Assembly: GCA_964016885.1 (NCBI GenBank)
Contig: OZ024750.1
Span: 31,372,001 to 31,436,000 of the forward strand
DNA: 64,000 bases
Reading direction: 5' to 3'
Origin: Eledone cirrhosa
Taxonomy: Eukaryota
The translations under genes and the position numbers were made by a program. Position 1 is the stretch's first letter. The number at the start of each line of letters is the position of its first letter. The notes below the pieces were generated by a model. That model was not told the origin of the DNA. It did no database searches and saw only the letters and a program-made list of their open reading frames with translations. Shown in pieces: positions 52,886 through 64,000 of the stretch.

Positions 52886-53747
52886 CTCTTGTCATTCAAT
52901 GTATAACACTATCATCATCCACTTCAATGTTAAGAAACAGACAAGACACACACAGAGACAATTATCCTTGCCATACAATGCATAACATTATTCACGTTAA
53001 TGGCACCACCCACACACCTACACACACACAGATAAATACTTCTTGCCATAGATCGTATAACATTGTCCTTCAGCTTAATGTTGTCGGACCCCCCCCCCCC
53101 CCACACACACACTAATATAAAATGTATAACATTATCATTCACTTTACATTGAACAGTTTTCATTCATGTACATATTTTTATGTTTAACTAAAATATTTAT
53201 CCTCTTTATCTTTATTCTTCTTTGACAATGTAATATTTCGTAAATCTCAAAAAGTTTGGTTTGTTAAACATGGGAATGACCTTTTAACATGTGATTGTTA
53301 TTAATTATATACATCTTAAATTAAACTCATCATTACTTCATCTTCTTTATTTTAACCAACATTACTAAAGTGCAAACTCCTTGTTACATATATCAATCGG
53401 TTTATATGTATATATTTTACTCTGTTTAAAACGTAAACACGAATTTTACGTGTATTTCAAAATTAAATTGACAAAAACATTTCATTTATTCATATCATAA
53501 TTCATGTAAATATTAGTAATACTATCTTACATTGTAGTTAATAAGTTTGGATAAAACCATATGCTACCTAATAAAAACAATCTGTTGCTTATGGAAAGTC
53601 GTTTTCGCAGAAAAATGACGTTGAAGCAAATATTTTGTCTTAGAAGAAGAATCTGCTTCGAAGAATCCGATTTCTTTTTACCCATATCTAGGAACTTCAT
53701 TACATAACTAATGCATTGACTATTAATTTATGTTCATTTATTAATTA

Positions 53748-54135
53748 ATAATTGTTTCTACTTTAGGCACAAGGCCAGCAATTACCCAGTGCATTACTGG
53801 TACTTTATTTTATCGACCCCCGTAAGGATGAAAGGCAAAGTTAACCTCGGCGAGATTTGAACTTAGAATGGCAAGGGCCATAACTCTATGCGTCAAAGCA
53901 TGGTGTCCGACCCTCTACCGACACTGCCAATCTACCGCTGCTAATATAATTGTTTTTACTTTAGGCACAAGGACAGCAATTACCCAGTGCATTACTGGTA
54001 CTTTTTTTTATCGACCCCGTAAGGATGAAAGGCAAAGTTAACCTCGGCGGGATTTGAATTTAGAATGGCAAGGGCCATAACTCTATGCGTCAAAGCATGG
54101 TGTCTGACCCTCTACCGACACTGCCAATCCACCGC
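53748..54135 (-). mobile_element. Tandem pair of OK-like SINEs
   Basis: Two near-identical units of about 197 bp that include the flank ctgctaatata. Confidence 0.88.
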
Positions 54136-54563
54136 TGCTAATATAAAAGCGATATAATAGAATCCTGAACTGGTGAAACCGTCTGAATATTAGTTTTAAT
54201 TTAAGGAAAAGATTATTTGAAACAGTTAACGTTAATGACACATTTAATGAACAGCTTCGATTAAATTGTAATAATCTATCACACGTTCATGTAATAAGTG
54301 GAAAAACTTATTTCTTAGGTAAGGGGAATCGCCTGTTGCGTGATACATAAATCGCAACATTGGATTCGTGTGTCTTGAAGTTATAATTAGAAATTAACAC
54401 ATCTTATTCGTGTCATATTGGTAGGTTTCATATTAACCTAGAATAATTTGACGGAAAATAAACATCATTTATAACATAAAGGTTTGAGCTGGTGTATGTA
54501 AACTTTAGAAATTCCTTCCGAACCACGAAGATATTGAAAATAAGGGAAGGTTTAGAATAACAT

Positions 54564-54907
54564 CGGTGGATTGGAGTATCGGTAGAGGGTCGGACGCCAT
54601 GCTTTCTGAGTTCAAATCCCGCCGAGGTTGACTTTGCCTTTCATCCTTACGGGGTCGATAAAATAAAGTACCAGTAATGCACTGGGTATTTGCTGGCCTT
54701 GTGCCTAAAGTAGAATCAATTATGTAATCAACGTTATGTATCCACGGGCGGTGGATTGGCAGTATCGGTAGAGGGTCGGACGCCATGCTTTTTGAGTTCA
54801 AATCCCGCCGAGGTTGACTTTGCCTTTCATCCTTACGGGGTCGATAAAATAAAGTACCAGTAATGCACTGGATATTTGCTGGCCTTGTGCCTAAAGTAGA
54901 AACAATT
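54564..54907 (+). mobile_element. Tandem pair of internally deleted OK-like SINEs
   Basis: Both join catgcttt directly to tgagttcaaatccc. Confidence 0.85.
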
Positions 54908-55004
54908 TTGTAGATAAAATCATTATAATGAACTAATGATTGTCTACCCAATATAATAAAATGTAAGTAAATCTATTCCACATGCTATATGTATGGTCCC
55001 GTAA

Positions 55005-55262
55005 CTCCCGTTAGAGTCGTAGGGACGCCATATTACCATACGGCGTTTCTTGGTTATTTCAAGCCTGGCGGAGTCCATCCCTCTCCAGGACCGAGTACAG
55101 CAGATTTCCTCCAGAGAGAGGAAGAATCGACTCCCAGTACTAGACTGATACTTTCTTTATCGACCTCAAATGTATGAAAGGCAAAGTTGACCTCGGCGAG
55201 ATTTGAACTCAGAGAGTAGAGAGCTGGAACGAATACCAGTCGTTCTAACCACTCTGCCAACT
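55005..55262 (-). mobile_element. OK-like SINE with extended tail
   Basis: Reverse of the 13349-type architecture. Confidence 0.7.
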
Positions 55263-55304
55263 CACTGTCTATATTCCACATGTTACTACCACCATAAATG
55301 AAAC

Positions 55305-55532
55305 TTAAGAGGTAGTCCCAGCCGATAGGATAGAGAACATATCGCTCCAGTGGATGGCGTGGGAGACGCATTGGAGCAGCCAAGGCACCTCGGGAGGCTT
55401 GCAGATGTGGCTAGCCAGCTCCACTCTGATAGTAGTGCGTAGGGATGTGGTCTTGGAGAGGTGGGGAAGGAGAATGCAGGGAATCTCAATTAACCGCAAA
55501 CTTTTCAACGAAATGTCAGTAAATCTATTCAA
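55305..55532 (-). mobile_element. CRE-like RLE remnant
   Basis: ELASHICKPPEVPWLLQCVSHAIHWSDMFSIL aligns with the other three copies. Confidence 0.55.
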
Positions 55533-55831
55533 CGTATCACGACTTTAAATGAAACTTAAAGTCCAGTCCGACTCGTGTTCCCGGTCGACAGGATGGAGAA
55601 GTCATAATAAATGTTAGGTCTTCTGATCACCTCCTCTGATGGGTTAGTTTACTTTCGCAAAGTATTAGAAATAAATTATTTATAATTATAAAGAAAAGAA
55701 AATCTGATTAGGAATTTTCACAGAAAATAAATTAAAATAATACAATTATTTGACTCTGATTAAAATTCATCTAATTTTCATTTATTGATAGATCTACAGT
55801 GTTGTTTTAATAATATATGTGTATTTATGTG

Positions 55832-56110
55832 TGAAGGCGAGTGATTTAGTGGTTAAGATATTTGACTCGTCAGGTCGTGAGTTTGAATCCCAGTGGCAGC
55901 TTCAGCAAAACACTTTATTTCACGTTACTCCAGTCCACTCAAATGACATATATGAATTGTACCTATAATTCACTGAATCTCCCTGAGAATTACGTTAAGA
56001 GTATACGTGTCCGTGGAATACTCAACCGCTTGGACGTTAATTTCACGAGCAGGCTGTCCCGTTGAACGCATTACCTGAAATACTCCACGTCGTAACAGAC
56101 GAAGTGACCG
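55832..56110 (+). mobile_element. CORE-like SINE
   Basis: tttagtggttaag..gagtttgaatccc..cactttatttcacgttactccagtccac. Confidence 0.7.
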
Positions 56111-56154
56111 TTTTTTCACATGCATGAATGTATATTTGTATGTATGTATGTATG

Positions 56155-56517
56155 TTCTTCGGGTTTTATAATTTCACAAAGTTTTACCAATAGAGAGAGA
56201 GTCTGTTTCTAACATAGACACAAGACTCTCTCATTGGAATTTACACAACATCAACTAGGTAGATATGTATGTATGCATGCATGTGCAGATATGGATGTTA
56301 TTGTATGTGTGGATGTGGATGTTTTGAGTTGTATGTGTGCATGTGTATATGCTTTGTATTTGTACATGTGTATATGCAGTTATTAGATGCAACATTTTTG
56401 GAATGTTTTACATATTTTTACTGTTCCATTAATGGATTGTACTTGTAATTTCCTAACTAGTTGTGTTATTTCTGTTCCTGAGAAGCCTAGCTTCTCAAGA
56501 TTTGTATTGAGGCAGTT
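56155..56517 (-). mobile_element. 3' fragment of the same R4-like family as 13700-15410
   Basis: LNTNLEKLGFS..LVRKLQVQSINGTVKICKTF resembles the 15200-15337 C-terminus. Flanked by (TATG)n. Confidence 0.72.
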
Positions 56518-57176
56518 ATGTATGTATGTATGTATGTATGTATGTATGTATGTATGTATGTATGTATGTATGTATGTGTGTATGTGTGTGTGGAAAAACT
56601 TGTAATGTGTGTATGCGTATGTATATGTGTATGTATGTATGTGGTTCAATAAATGCACTTTACTTATAAGAAAATAACAGAATACAAATAATGTATGAAC
56701 TGTATTAAACAACTGTTTAGGTAATATGAAAACAACACAGAAACTAATAGAAAGTGATAAAATCAAAATGGCGGACCGAAAATTACGTTTTTTTTGTTTT
56801 TTTGTTATTTTTGTTTTTTTGTTTTTGCACAATATGTTGACAGGCTGACTGCGTGAAGTTTGCCGGAAAGATAAACGACATGAAAATCAACGGTGGTATT
56901 TAAACTCCGATCTTAAAACCGACAGTGAAGATTTAATTTTAGCTCCCCGTGGTCAATGATTCGCTCAGACTACAAAAATAAAATATTTAGATGAGAGGGT
57001 AGGATTTTGTTTAGTGTTAGGGTTAGGGTTAGGGTTACGGTCCCAAACATAACTCTAGTTGTAAATGCAGACTTTGTGACAGCGCCATGTTATAAACAAA
57101 GCATTCATATCTTTCGTTTACTAAGGTAATTGAATGGTTAGCAACATAGTTTCTGAGTGCAATAGTTGGTAGAGAG

Positions 57177-57483
57177 CAGTGATTCCCAACGTAGGGCGCG
57201 CACACCACATAGGGGACAATTTGAATATTTAAGAGGGCCGTTTGAGAATGATGTTATGAGAACAAACCTCAGGTTTTACTTTATTACTTTTACACCAATG
57301 CAACTTTGGTGCACGTTACTGTGGGAAACTCCTGCCTTACCTCCTCCATATCTTATTGTGCATTTGGCACCGCTTATACATACACCAATTTATTTAAGCT
57401 TTTCAGCTGATCATTGCTGTCTTCATGTCAAAGGACATAACAATGTTTTAGACGTTGAGGTGATGCAGAAAAAGGAACCACTG
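57177..57483. mobile_element. hAT-type MITE
   Basis: CAGTGATTCCC and GGAACCACTG termini. Confidence 0.5.
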
Positions 57484-57604
57484 ATATAGAGAGACGATAT
57501 ATCCAGACGCGACAACGTAGACATCTATGCCTCATAAAATATCTGATAAATGGCAGGTAGCTATTTAATGGATTAATTAATGTACAGAAACTAATTGAAT
57601 TCAA

Positions 57605-58830
57605 TAATTGTTTCTACTTTAGGCACAAGGCCAGCAATTACCCCGTACATTAATGATACTTTATTTTATTGACCCTGTAAGGATGAAAGGCAAAGTTAAC
57701 CTCAGCGAGATTTGAACTCAGACTGTAAAGGGACGTAACTATGCTAGAAAGCATAGCGTCCAACCCTCTACCGATACTGCCAATTCACCGCCCTAATTGA
57801 ATTCAGTAATGTTCATCATTTAAAGCCATAAAGTAACCACGAGTGTTAGTATGTTTAAGATGGCAAATGTTATTAGACAGATGTGTCGCTCTTTCTCTCA
57901 TGTAGCTTATACAGATAAACCATAAACAAACAACATAAACCAACAGAATAAACCAACAAATTCTTGATCGAGTATTTTTATTTTGAATTTAATCTTAATT
58001 ATTTTTTATACATTTTATTCCCACCAAAACAAGTTTTCTTAAATACATTATTAATAATTGTTTCTACTATTGGCACAAGGCCAGCAATTACCCAGTACAT
58101 TACTGGTACTTTATTTTATCGACCCCGTAAGGATGAAAAGCAAAGTCAACCTCGGCGGGATTTGAACTTAGATCGTAAAGGGACGTAACTATGCTGGAAA
58201 GCATGGCGTCCGACCCTCTACCGATATAGGCACAATGCCAGTAATTTGGGGGGAGGGGAAAGTCGATTAAATCGACCCTAGTGCGTGACTGGTACTTTAT
58301 TTTATCGACCCCATAAGGATGAAAGGCAAAGTTAACCTCGGCGGGATTTGAGCTCAGATCATAAAGAGCCGTAACTCTATGCTGCAAAAAATGGCGTCCA
58401 ACCCTCTACCGATAATAATAACAACATTTTAACGTTTATTTTGCTGACTACACTCAGTCGATATTATTACATTTGAAGTATAATAGATTATTTATATACT
58501 TATGACTGAAAGATGTAGTGGAACTTTCATTTAAAAATATATTCTGAAGAAGTATTTTTACATTCTTAAATTAATATTTGGTCTATACACCAGCTTTTAT
58601 AGACTTTTGTAATGCATGTTTATTATTGTTATATATGTTAATGGCGGTGGATTGGCAGTATCGGTAGAGGGTCGGACGCCATGCTTTGACGCATAGAGTT
58701 ACGGCCCTTGCCATTCTGAGTTCAAATCCCGCCGAGGTTAACTCTGCCTTTCATCCTTACGGGGTCGATAAAATAAAGTACCAGTAATACACTGAGTAAT
58801 TGCGGGCCTTGTGCCTAAAGTAGAAACAAT
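57605..58830. mobile_element. Cluster of four OK-like SINEs (57605-57792 -, 58056-58227 -, 58228-58415 -, 58643-58830 +)
   Basis: Consensus body in each. Confidence 0.85.
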
Positions 58831-59354
58831 TATTGTTATATATGTTATAAAGTACCAGTAATTTACCCGGGTAATTGATGGCCTTGTGCCAAATGTAGCA
58901 ACAATTATTATGTTATATGCCTTGTATTATGCTTAACATTCTTATTGTGTCTCAGTATCTTTTTAATTTGAACTATATATATATAAGCAAAATGAATAAA
59001 TGTTGGAGTCGCAAGTCGTTCGAACAAGAATTTATACTTCGTATATATATATATGTGTGTGTGTGGGTCTGTGTATTTATATATATTGTATAGATATATT
59101 AAGTGTGGGTGATGTTTAATGCTGATGTGGTTTTATTGGTATAATTAATTATTAGAAAAGGGGAATGACACATATTTGGAGAAAGTGGTATAGTTGAAAA
59201 AATGTCAGTACCCTACACGATAAACTCGACTAACACAAGCATTCATATGAATCATTGCCTCCTTACGGACAACTAACGCTGCACACCAGGTCCGAACACA
59301 GAAGAGCCGAACCCCCACTGTCATCGCCTCTATCTCTCTGTATTATAAGAAAAT

Positions 59355-59607
59355 GGGGGTCCTACGAGCTGGCCGCGCCACGGCCCCGGTGGACAGAAGG
59401 GAGAAGGCGTTTTCCCGGAGGATGGTAAGGGAGCTGCGCTGGAAGAGCCATTCTAACTCCCGAGGCTCACACCTGCAGCTAGCCAGCTGACCGCCTATGG
59501 AGGTAAGTAGGGTGGTAGCTTTAGGGCCAAGGAAACACCAGAGGTCTCCATTGGTAGGGGCTCGACTGCTAACCTGTCGGAGAGCGACCGATACTTGGAG
59601 TTGATTA
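59355..59607 (-). mobile_element. CRE-like RLE remnant
   Basis: SKYRSLSDRLAVEPLPMETSGV, a frameshift, then GPKATTLL..CEPRELEWLFQRSSLTILRENAFSLL. Confidence 0.7.
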
Positions 59608-60397
59608 TCGAAGTTATTGTCATCTTAGGTTAATGGTTAATAAAACAACATATTAATTCATTGATTAATGAACGACATCACAAATATATTGTCTATTAAG
59701 GATGAACGATATGTCGTGATTTGAAGATAAGATTACCACAATGTATTAAGTTATTGCAATAGATGTTCAACACGACAGTATCGAATATAATAATATAAAT
59801 CGTTTTGTTTATGTGGGAATAAAACGGAAAATTTACATTGATTCAAATTACTAGTACATTCTTAAGGTTATTGATAATGTTTCTTCAACTGTTTACGAGG
59901 AGAAATGTACTTCCAGGCGGATATCTATGCGTGATATCTTGATATACGGAGACACCAGTTACTAAGAAGTAAGTGGTATTTAGTGTAACTAAACTTTCCA
60001 ATGGTTATCATTATCGTCTTTCAAATATTACGTACTGAAATTACATTTATATGGGCTATTCAATAATCTTTGTTTTGTTGAATATCACAAGCATATTTTA
60101 TAATATAGTCCTGTTAAGAAACTGCTTAAAGGATTGAAATGTTTTGTATACTTATATTCCGTTTATCAAAACACTTATCTGTTATAGGGCTTCAATTAGC
60201 GACAGGGTGAGACACAATGCTAGAATATCGCTCATACATTAAATCATACCAAATAATTTTTTTTAAAGAATATGTGGATTTGCGTATATATATATATATA
60301 ATTATGGGCGGATTTTCGTTGGGCATCGGGAGGTTACCACAGTTAAAAATGTTACAAAATACGTAGGTATAATATATATATATAGATGTATTAGTGA

Positions 60398-60535
60398 ATG
60401 CGTGTGGCTGAGTGGTTAGAGAATTTGATTTACAATCCTGAGGTTGTGAGTTCGATTCCTGGACCGGGTGATGCGTTATGTCCTTGAGCAAGATACTTTA
60501 TTTCACGATGCTCCTTCTACCTCGAGTCGCGACCG
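60398..60535 (+). mobile_element. tRNA-derived CORE-like SINE
   Basis: Same family as 21210. Confidence 0.8.
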
Positions 60536-60671
60536 TTAGATAGTATTAGCAATTGGAAAGACCAACGGAAACATTGTTTCCTCGGTCCGATTTGACGAAA
60601 GTAAATCGTTCCTTATAGATGTATTATTGTATATATATATATATATATGTATTATTGTGTATATATGTATT

Positions 60672-60723
<52 letters not shown>

Positions 60724-60734
60724 CTTTAAAGAGC

Positions 60735-60900
60735 GAAGTCAGTGTTGCAGCATTTGTAACAAACTTTATTTTTACTTCGATATCGATCAGCTCAGGGTAC
60801 AATCAAGTTAACCTTAATTGTACCTTGAGCTGATCGATATCGGAAAAAATTGTAATATACAAATAAAATGTGTACATATGCTGCAACACTAACATCGACT
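60735..60900. repeat. Imperfect inverted repeat next to a PLE RT fragment
   Basis: cgatatcgatcagctcagggtacaat pairs with attgtaccttgagctgatcgatatcg; the outer arms agtgttgcagcat and atgctgcaacact also pair. Confidence 0.7.
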
Positions 60901-60959
60901 TTTTATTCTATTTACACTCTGAAGACTACAGCCCTAACACTAGAATACAATCAAATGAA

Positions 60960-61400
60960 ACAGATCTCGTAACAGCACCAAGTCCTTCGAATAGCACGCC
61001 GCCTCTAACTGTTGCTACACACTTACGTATCACACACACACCCATCTTGTAATATTTTGTGTATAAGGATCCCTCCTCATTGACTCTTAGGGTAAAGTCG
61101 TGTAGGAGGAGGGACCCAGTGGTGTATGAGTGCTCAACCTCAAGTTTCACATGTGTGTCTAAGTTTTCGAAGATGACAATCTTGACGGCTTTTACAAGTG
61201 ATGGCGTAAGAATAAGGATATCATACACGTACTTGTAGAAGAAGGAGCAATTGTGGTAGGTGGTGAGTGCTGTACGGTCCAACTGATCCACGTACGTATT
61301 CGCCATTTGGGCTGAGACACTTGACTCCATTAGCAGTCTTGAAAGTTGTTTGTAGATGGAACCCTTCAAACATGACGATAGAGAGCAACTCGTGGTTGCC
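60960..61400 (-). pseudogene. Penelope-like reverse transcriptase fragment (decayed)
   Basis: YKQLSRLLMESSVSAQMANTYV (YxQxxGxxMGS), YKYVYDIL (RYVDD), VKLEVEH..GSLLLHDF (FxxE..LxFLD). Confidence 0.8.
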
Positions 61401-62989
61401 AGCAGCAGTGAACCCTTAGCAATTGAGTTCGGTAGAGGCGATGATATTCATAATTACGTCGATGGTCGTGCGGGGGAGGATTCAGAAAGAAACGACGTCT
61501 AAACTAAATGGGTAATCTATTCTGTCTCTGTGTGGTGAGATTAAATTATTTTAGTCGTTGATTACTTTTTGTAATCTCTCTACCCACGTGTCTACCCACG
61601 TGTCCCGGGAAAGTGTGAAGGAGAAATGTGAGAAGGTTCAAGGAAAGTTTGTAGAAAGGACCGTTTATGCAAGAAATAATTCATACATGCATACATAAAT
61701 ATATATATATATACAATGATACACACACAGACACACAGATACACACAGACACAGACACACACACATACACGCACACATACACACATATATATATATATAC
61801 GCAATAGCAAAGCTCAGTAGAAAACGTAGGTTATTGTTGTGTTTGGAATGAAAACAGCATTCTTCATCGGAACGTAGACGTCTGTGTCTTCACTATAATA
61901 TTAAACAAATGATCTATTGTCTTGGCTTTAGCTTATCTTAGAAGATGCAATAATCATCTTTTCTTAACGTGTAAATATATTTAATTCTTATTTTTAGTTT
62001 ATTTTGTTTCAGTATGTCGGTCTATTAGCAATACTATGGGAAAAAGCTAAATACAGCCACATGAAAACAAATAGTCGATAAGTAACAAACTGTGAGCCAA
62101 ATGTAAAAGAAACATTAAAAATACCATTCAAAACTGATTTTAAAATGTTGAAATTATAAAAGCAAGTTTACATAAGAAAGAGACTTCTTTGGGGTTATAA
62201 AATAAGAGAAATGTGTCATCAGCTATGCGTATTTAATAAAACCGTAGTTTGTATAATGTTTAAATTTCCATTCAATTTAGCTTCTGTTTGTATTTAATTA
62301 GATATACTTATCTCTGGCAGTTAATAGATTTAAAGGTTAAAAGTTGAAAAGTTTAAGTTAGAATTAATTATTGTGATGAAAAAAAAAAAAAAAAAAAAAA
62401 AAAATTATATTTCAAAACACATGAAACGTTGTTTCAGATATTTCTTATCTCATAGGTTTATTTGTTTTTAGATTTAACGCGTTATATATTGATTTGATTC
62501 ATTCAAATATGTCAAAACAATTGATGTTGAGAAAATACTGTTTTAATCAAACACTTAATAAAATCAAAGGAAAACAAAATTGGCAACAAAAAATGTAATT
62601 GCAACATCTTATTCGATTATGTTGCTTACCTGTAATGTAATTTTACTTCAACATTTTCGAATTATAAACAGACTTTGCTTATAATTTGACATAACGAAAC
62701 ATAAAAATCAAACAAATTTTCGACATCTACCAAATATTTGCTAAATAAATTTTATTAGCTACCGTTATCTTTGTATACAAAGAGAAAAAAAAAACCATTA
62801 ATATAGTTGTCTGCAAAAAAATTAAAAATTACCTGGTAACAAGAAAATTCTAAATAGTTTCCTTTTTTGCCAGCATAGGCATTGTACTTAATACTGAACA
62901 TGCACTTAATGTTGTGTATGTATCTATACTTAATGTGTACTTCACATAGAGTATCTATTTAGAGTACGCACTTAACTTAGACTATGCAA

Positions 62990-64000
62990 ACTACATAGAA
63001 TAGTGTACTTAGAGTATGTATTTAGAGCAGTGTGTGTACTTAGAGTATGTATTTAGAGTAGTGTGTGTAGTTAGAGTATGTATTTAGAGTAGTGTGTGTA
63101 GTTAGAGTATGTATTTAGAGTAGTGTGTGTAGTTAGAGTATGTATTTAGAGTAGTGTGTGTAGTTAGAGTATGTATTTAGAGTAGTGTGTGTAGTTAGAG
63201 TATGTATTTAGAGTAGTGTCTGTACTTAGAGTATGTATTTAGAGTACTGTGTATACTTAGAATATGTATTTAGAGTAGTGTGTGAACATAGAGTATGTAT
63301 TTAGAGTAGTGTGTAGTTAGAGTATGTATTTAGAGTAGTGTGTGAACATAGAGTATGTATTTAGAGAAGTGTGTGTACTTAGAGTATGTATTTATAGTAC
63401 TGTGTATACTTAGAGTATGTATTTAGAGTAGTGTGTGTAGTTAGAGTTTGTATTTAGAGTACTGCGTGTACTTAGAGTATGTATTTAGAGTAGTGTGTGT
63501 ACATAGAGTATGTATTTAGAGTAGTGTGTGTAGTTAGAGTATGTATTTAGAGTAGTGTGTGTAGTTAGAGTATGTATTTAGAGCAGTGTGTGTACTTAGA
63601 GTATGTATTTAGAGTAGTGTGTGTACATAGAGTATGTATTTAGAGTAGTGTGTGTAGTTAGAGTATGTATTTAGAGTAGTGTGTGTAGTTAGAGTATGTA
63701 TTTAGAGTACTGTGTGTACTTAGAGTATGTATTTAGAGTAGTGTGTGTACTTATAATATGTATTTAGAGTAGTGTGTGTACTTAGAGTATGTATTTAGAG
63801 AACTGTGTGTACTTAGAGTATGTATTTAGGGTAGTGTGTGTACTTAGAATATGTATTTAGAGTAGTGTGTGTACTTAGAGTATGTATTTAGAGTAGTGTG
63901 TGTAGTTATAGTTTGTATTTAGAGATGTGTGTGTACTTAGAGTATGTATTTATAGTGTGTGTAGTTAGAGTATGTATTTAGAGTAGTGTGTGTACTTAGA
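62990..64000. repeat. 31-bp satellite (13+18 subunits) running off the window end
   Basis: Unit agagtatgtattt-agagtagtgtgtgtagtt. Confidence 0.95.

Noticed and set aside
57016-57038. Telomere
   Set aside because: Only about three TTAGGG units, and they are interstitial.
60915-60975. CTGAAGA...GAAACAGATCTCGTA hammerhead-like motif
   Set aside because: There is no coherent stem II or stem I.
62630-62741. Minus-strand exon candidate with a strong CAG/gtaagc donor
   Set aside because: Stops in all three frames.
50970-64000. CRISPR-like periodicity in the 40-bp and 31-bp arrays
   Set aside because: There are no unique spacers, no cas genes, and the context is eukaryotic.

Overview
AT-rich, microsatellite-dense eukaryotic DNA. 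Its SINE families look like those of octopod cephalopods (inference from tRNA-derived OK/CORE-type SINEs). I found no intact host protein-coding gene; almost all ORFs in the track are microsatellite or SINE read-through. Recognisable content includes about 35 SINE copies, fragments of non-LTR retrotransposons (R4/Dong-like, CRE-like, RTE), Penelope-like element (PLE) RT and GIY-YIG fragments, mariner/hAT MITEs and several minisatellites. The standout signal is a dense set of type I hammerhead ribozyme (HHR) motifs: about 10 near-complete copies plus several half-motifs, from at least 8 sequence families, nearly all in inverted repeats next to (TA)n. The most striking is a non-coding 592-nt HHR-bearing unit, repeated in tandem and then inverted (28186-30306), which looks like a retrozyme/circRNA-producing locus. 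A second is a 965-bp inverted repeat with an HHR in each arm (23245-25883). Both carry the compensatory U3:A8 catalytic-core variant (UUGAUAA) and palindromic stem III helices. A possible decayed spliced gene (9409-17843) is reported tentatively. All structures were read by eye; coordinates of degenerate repeats are approximate.
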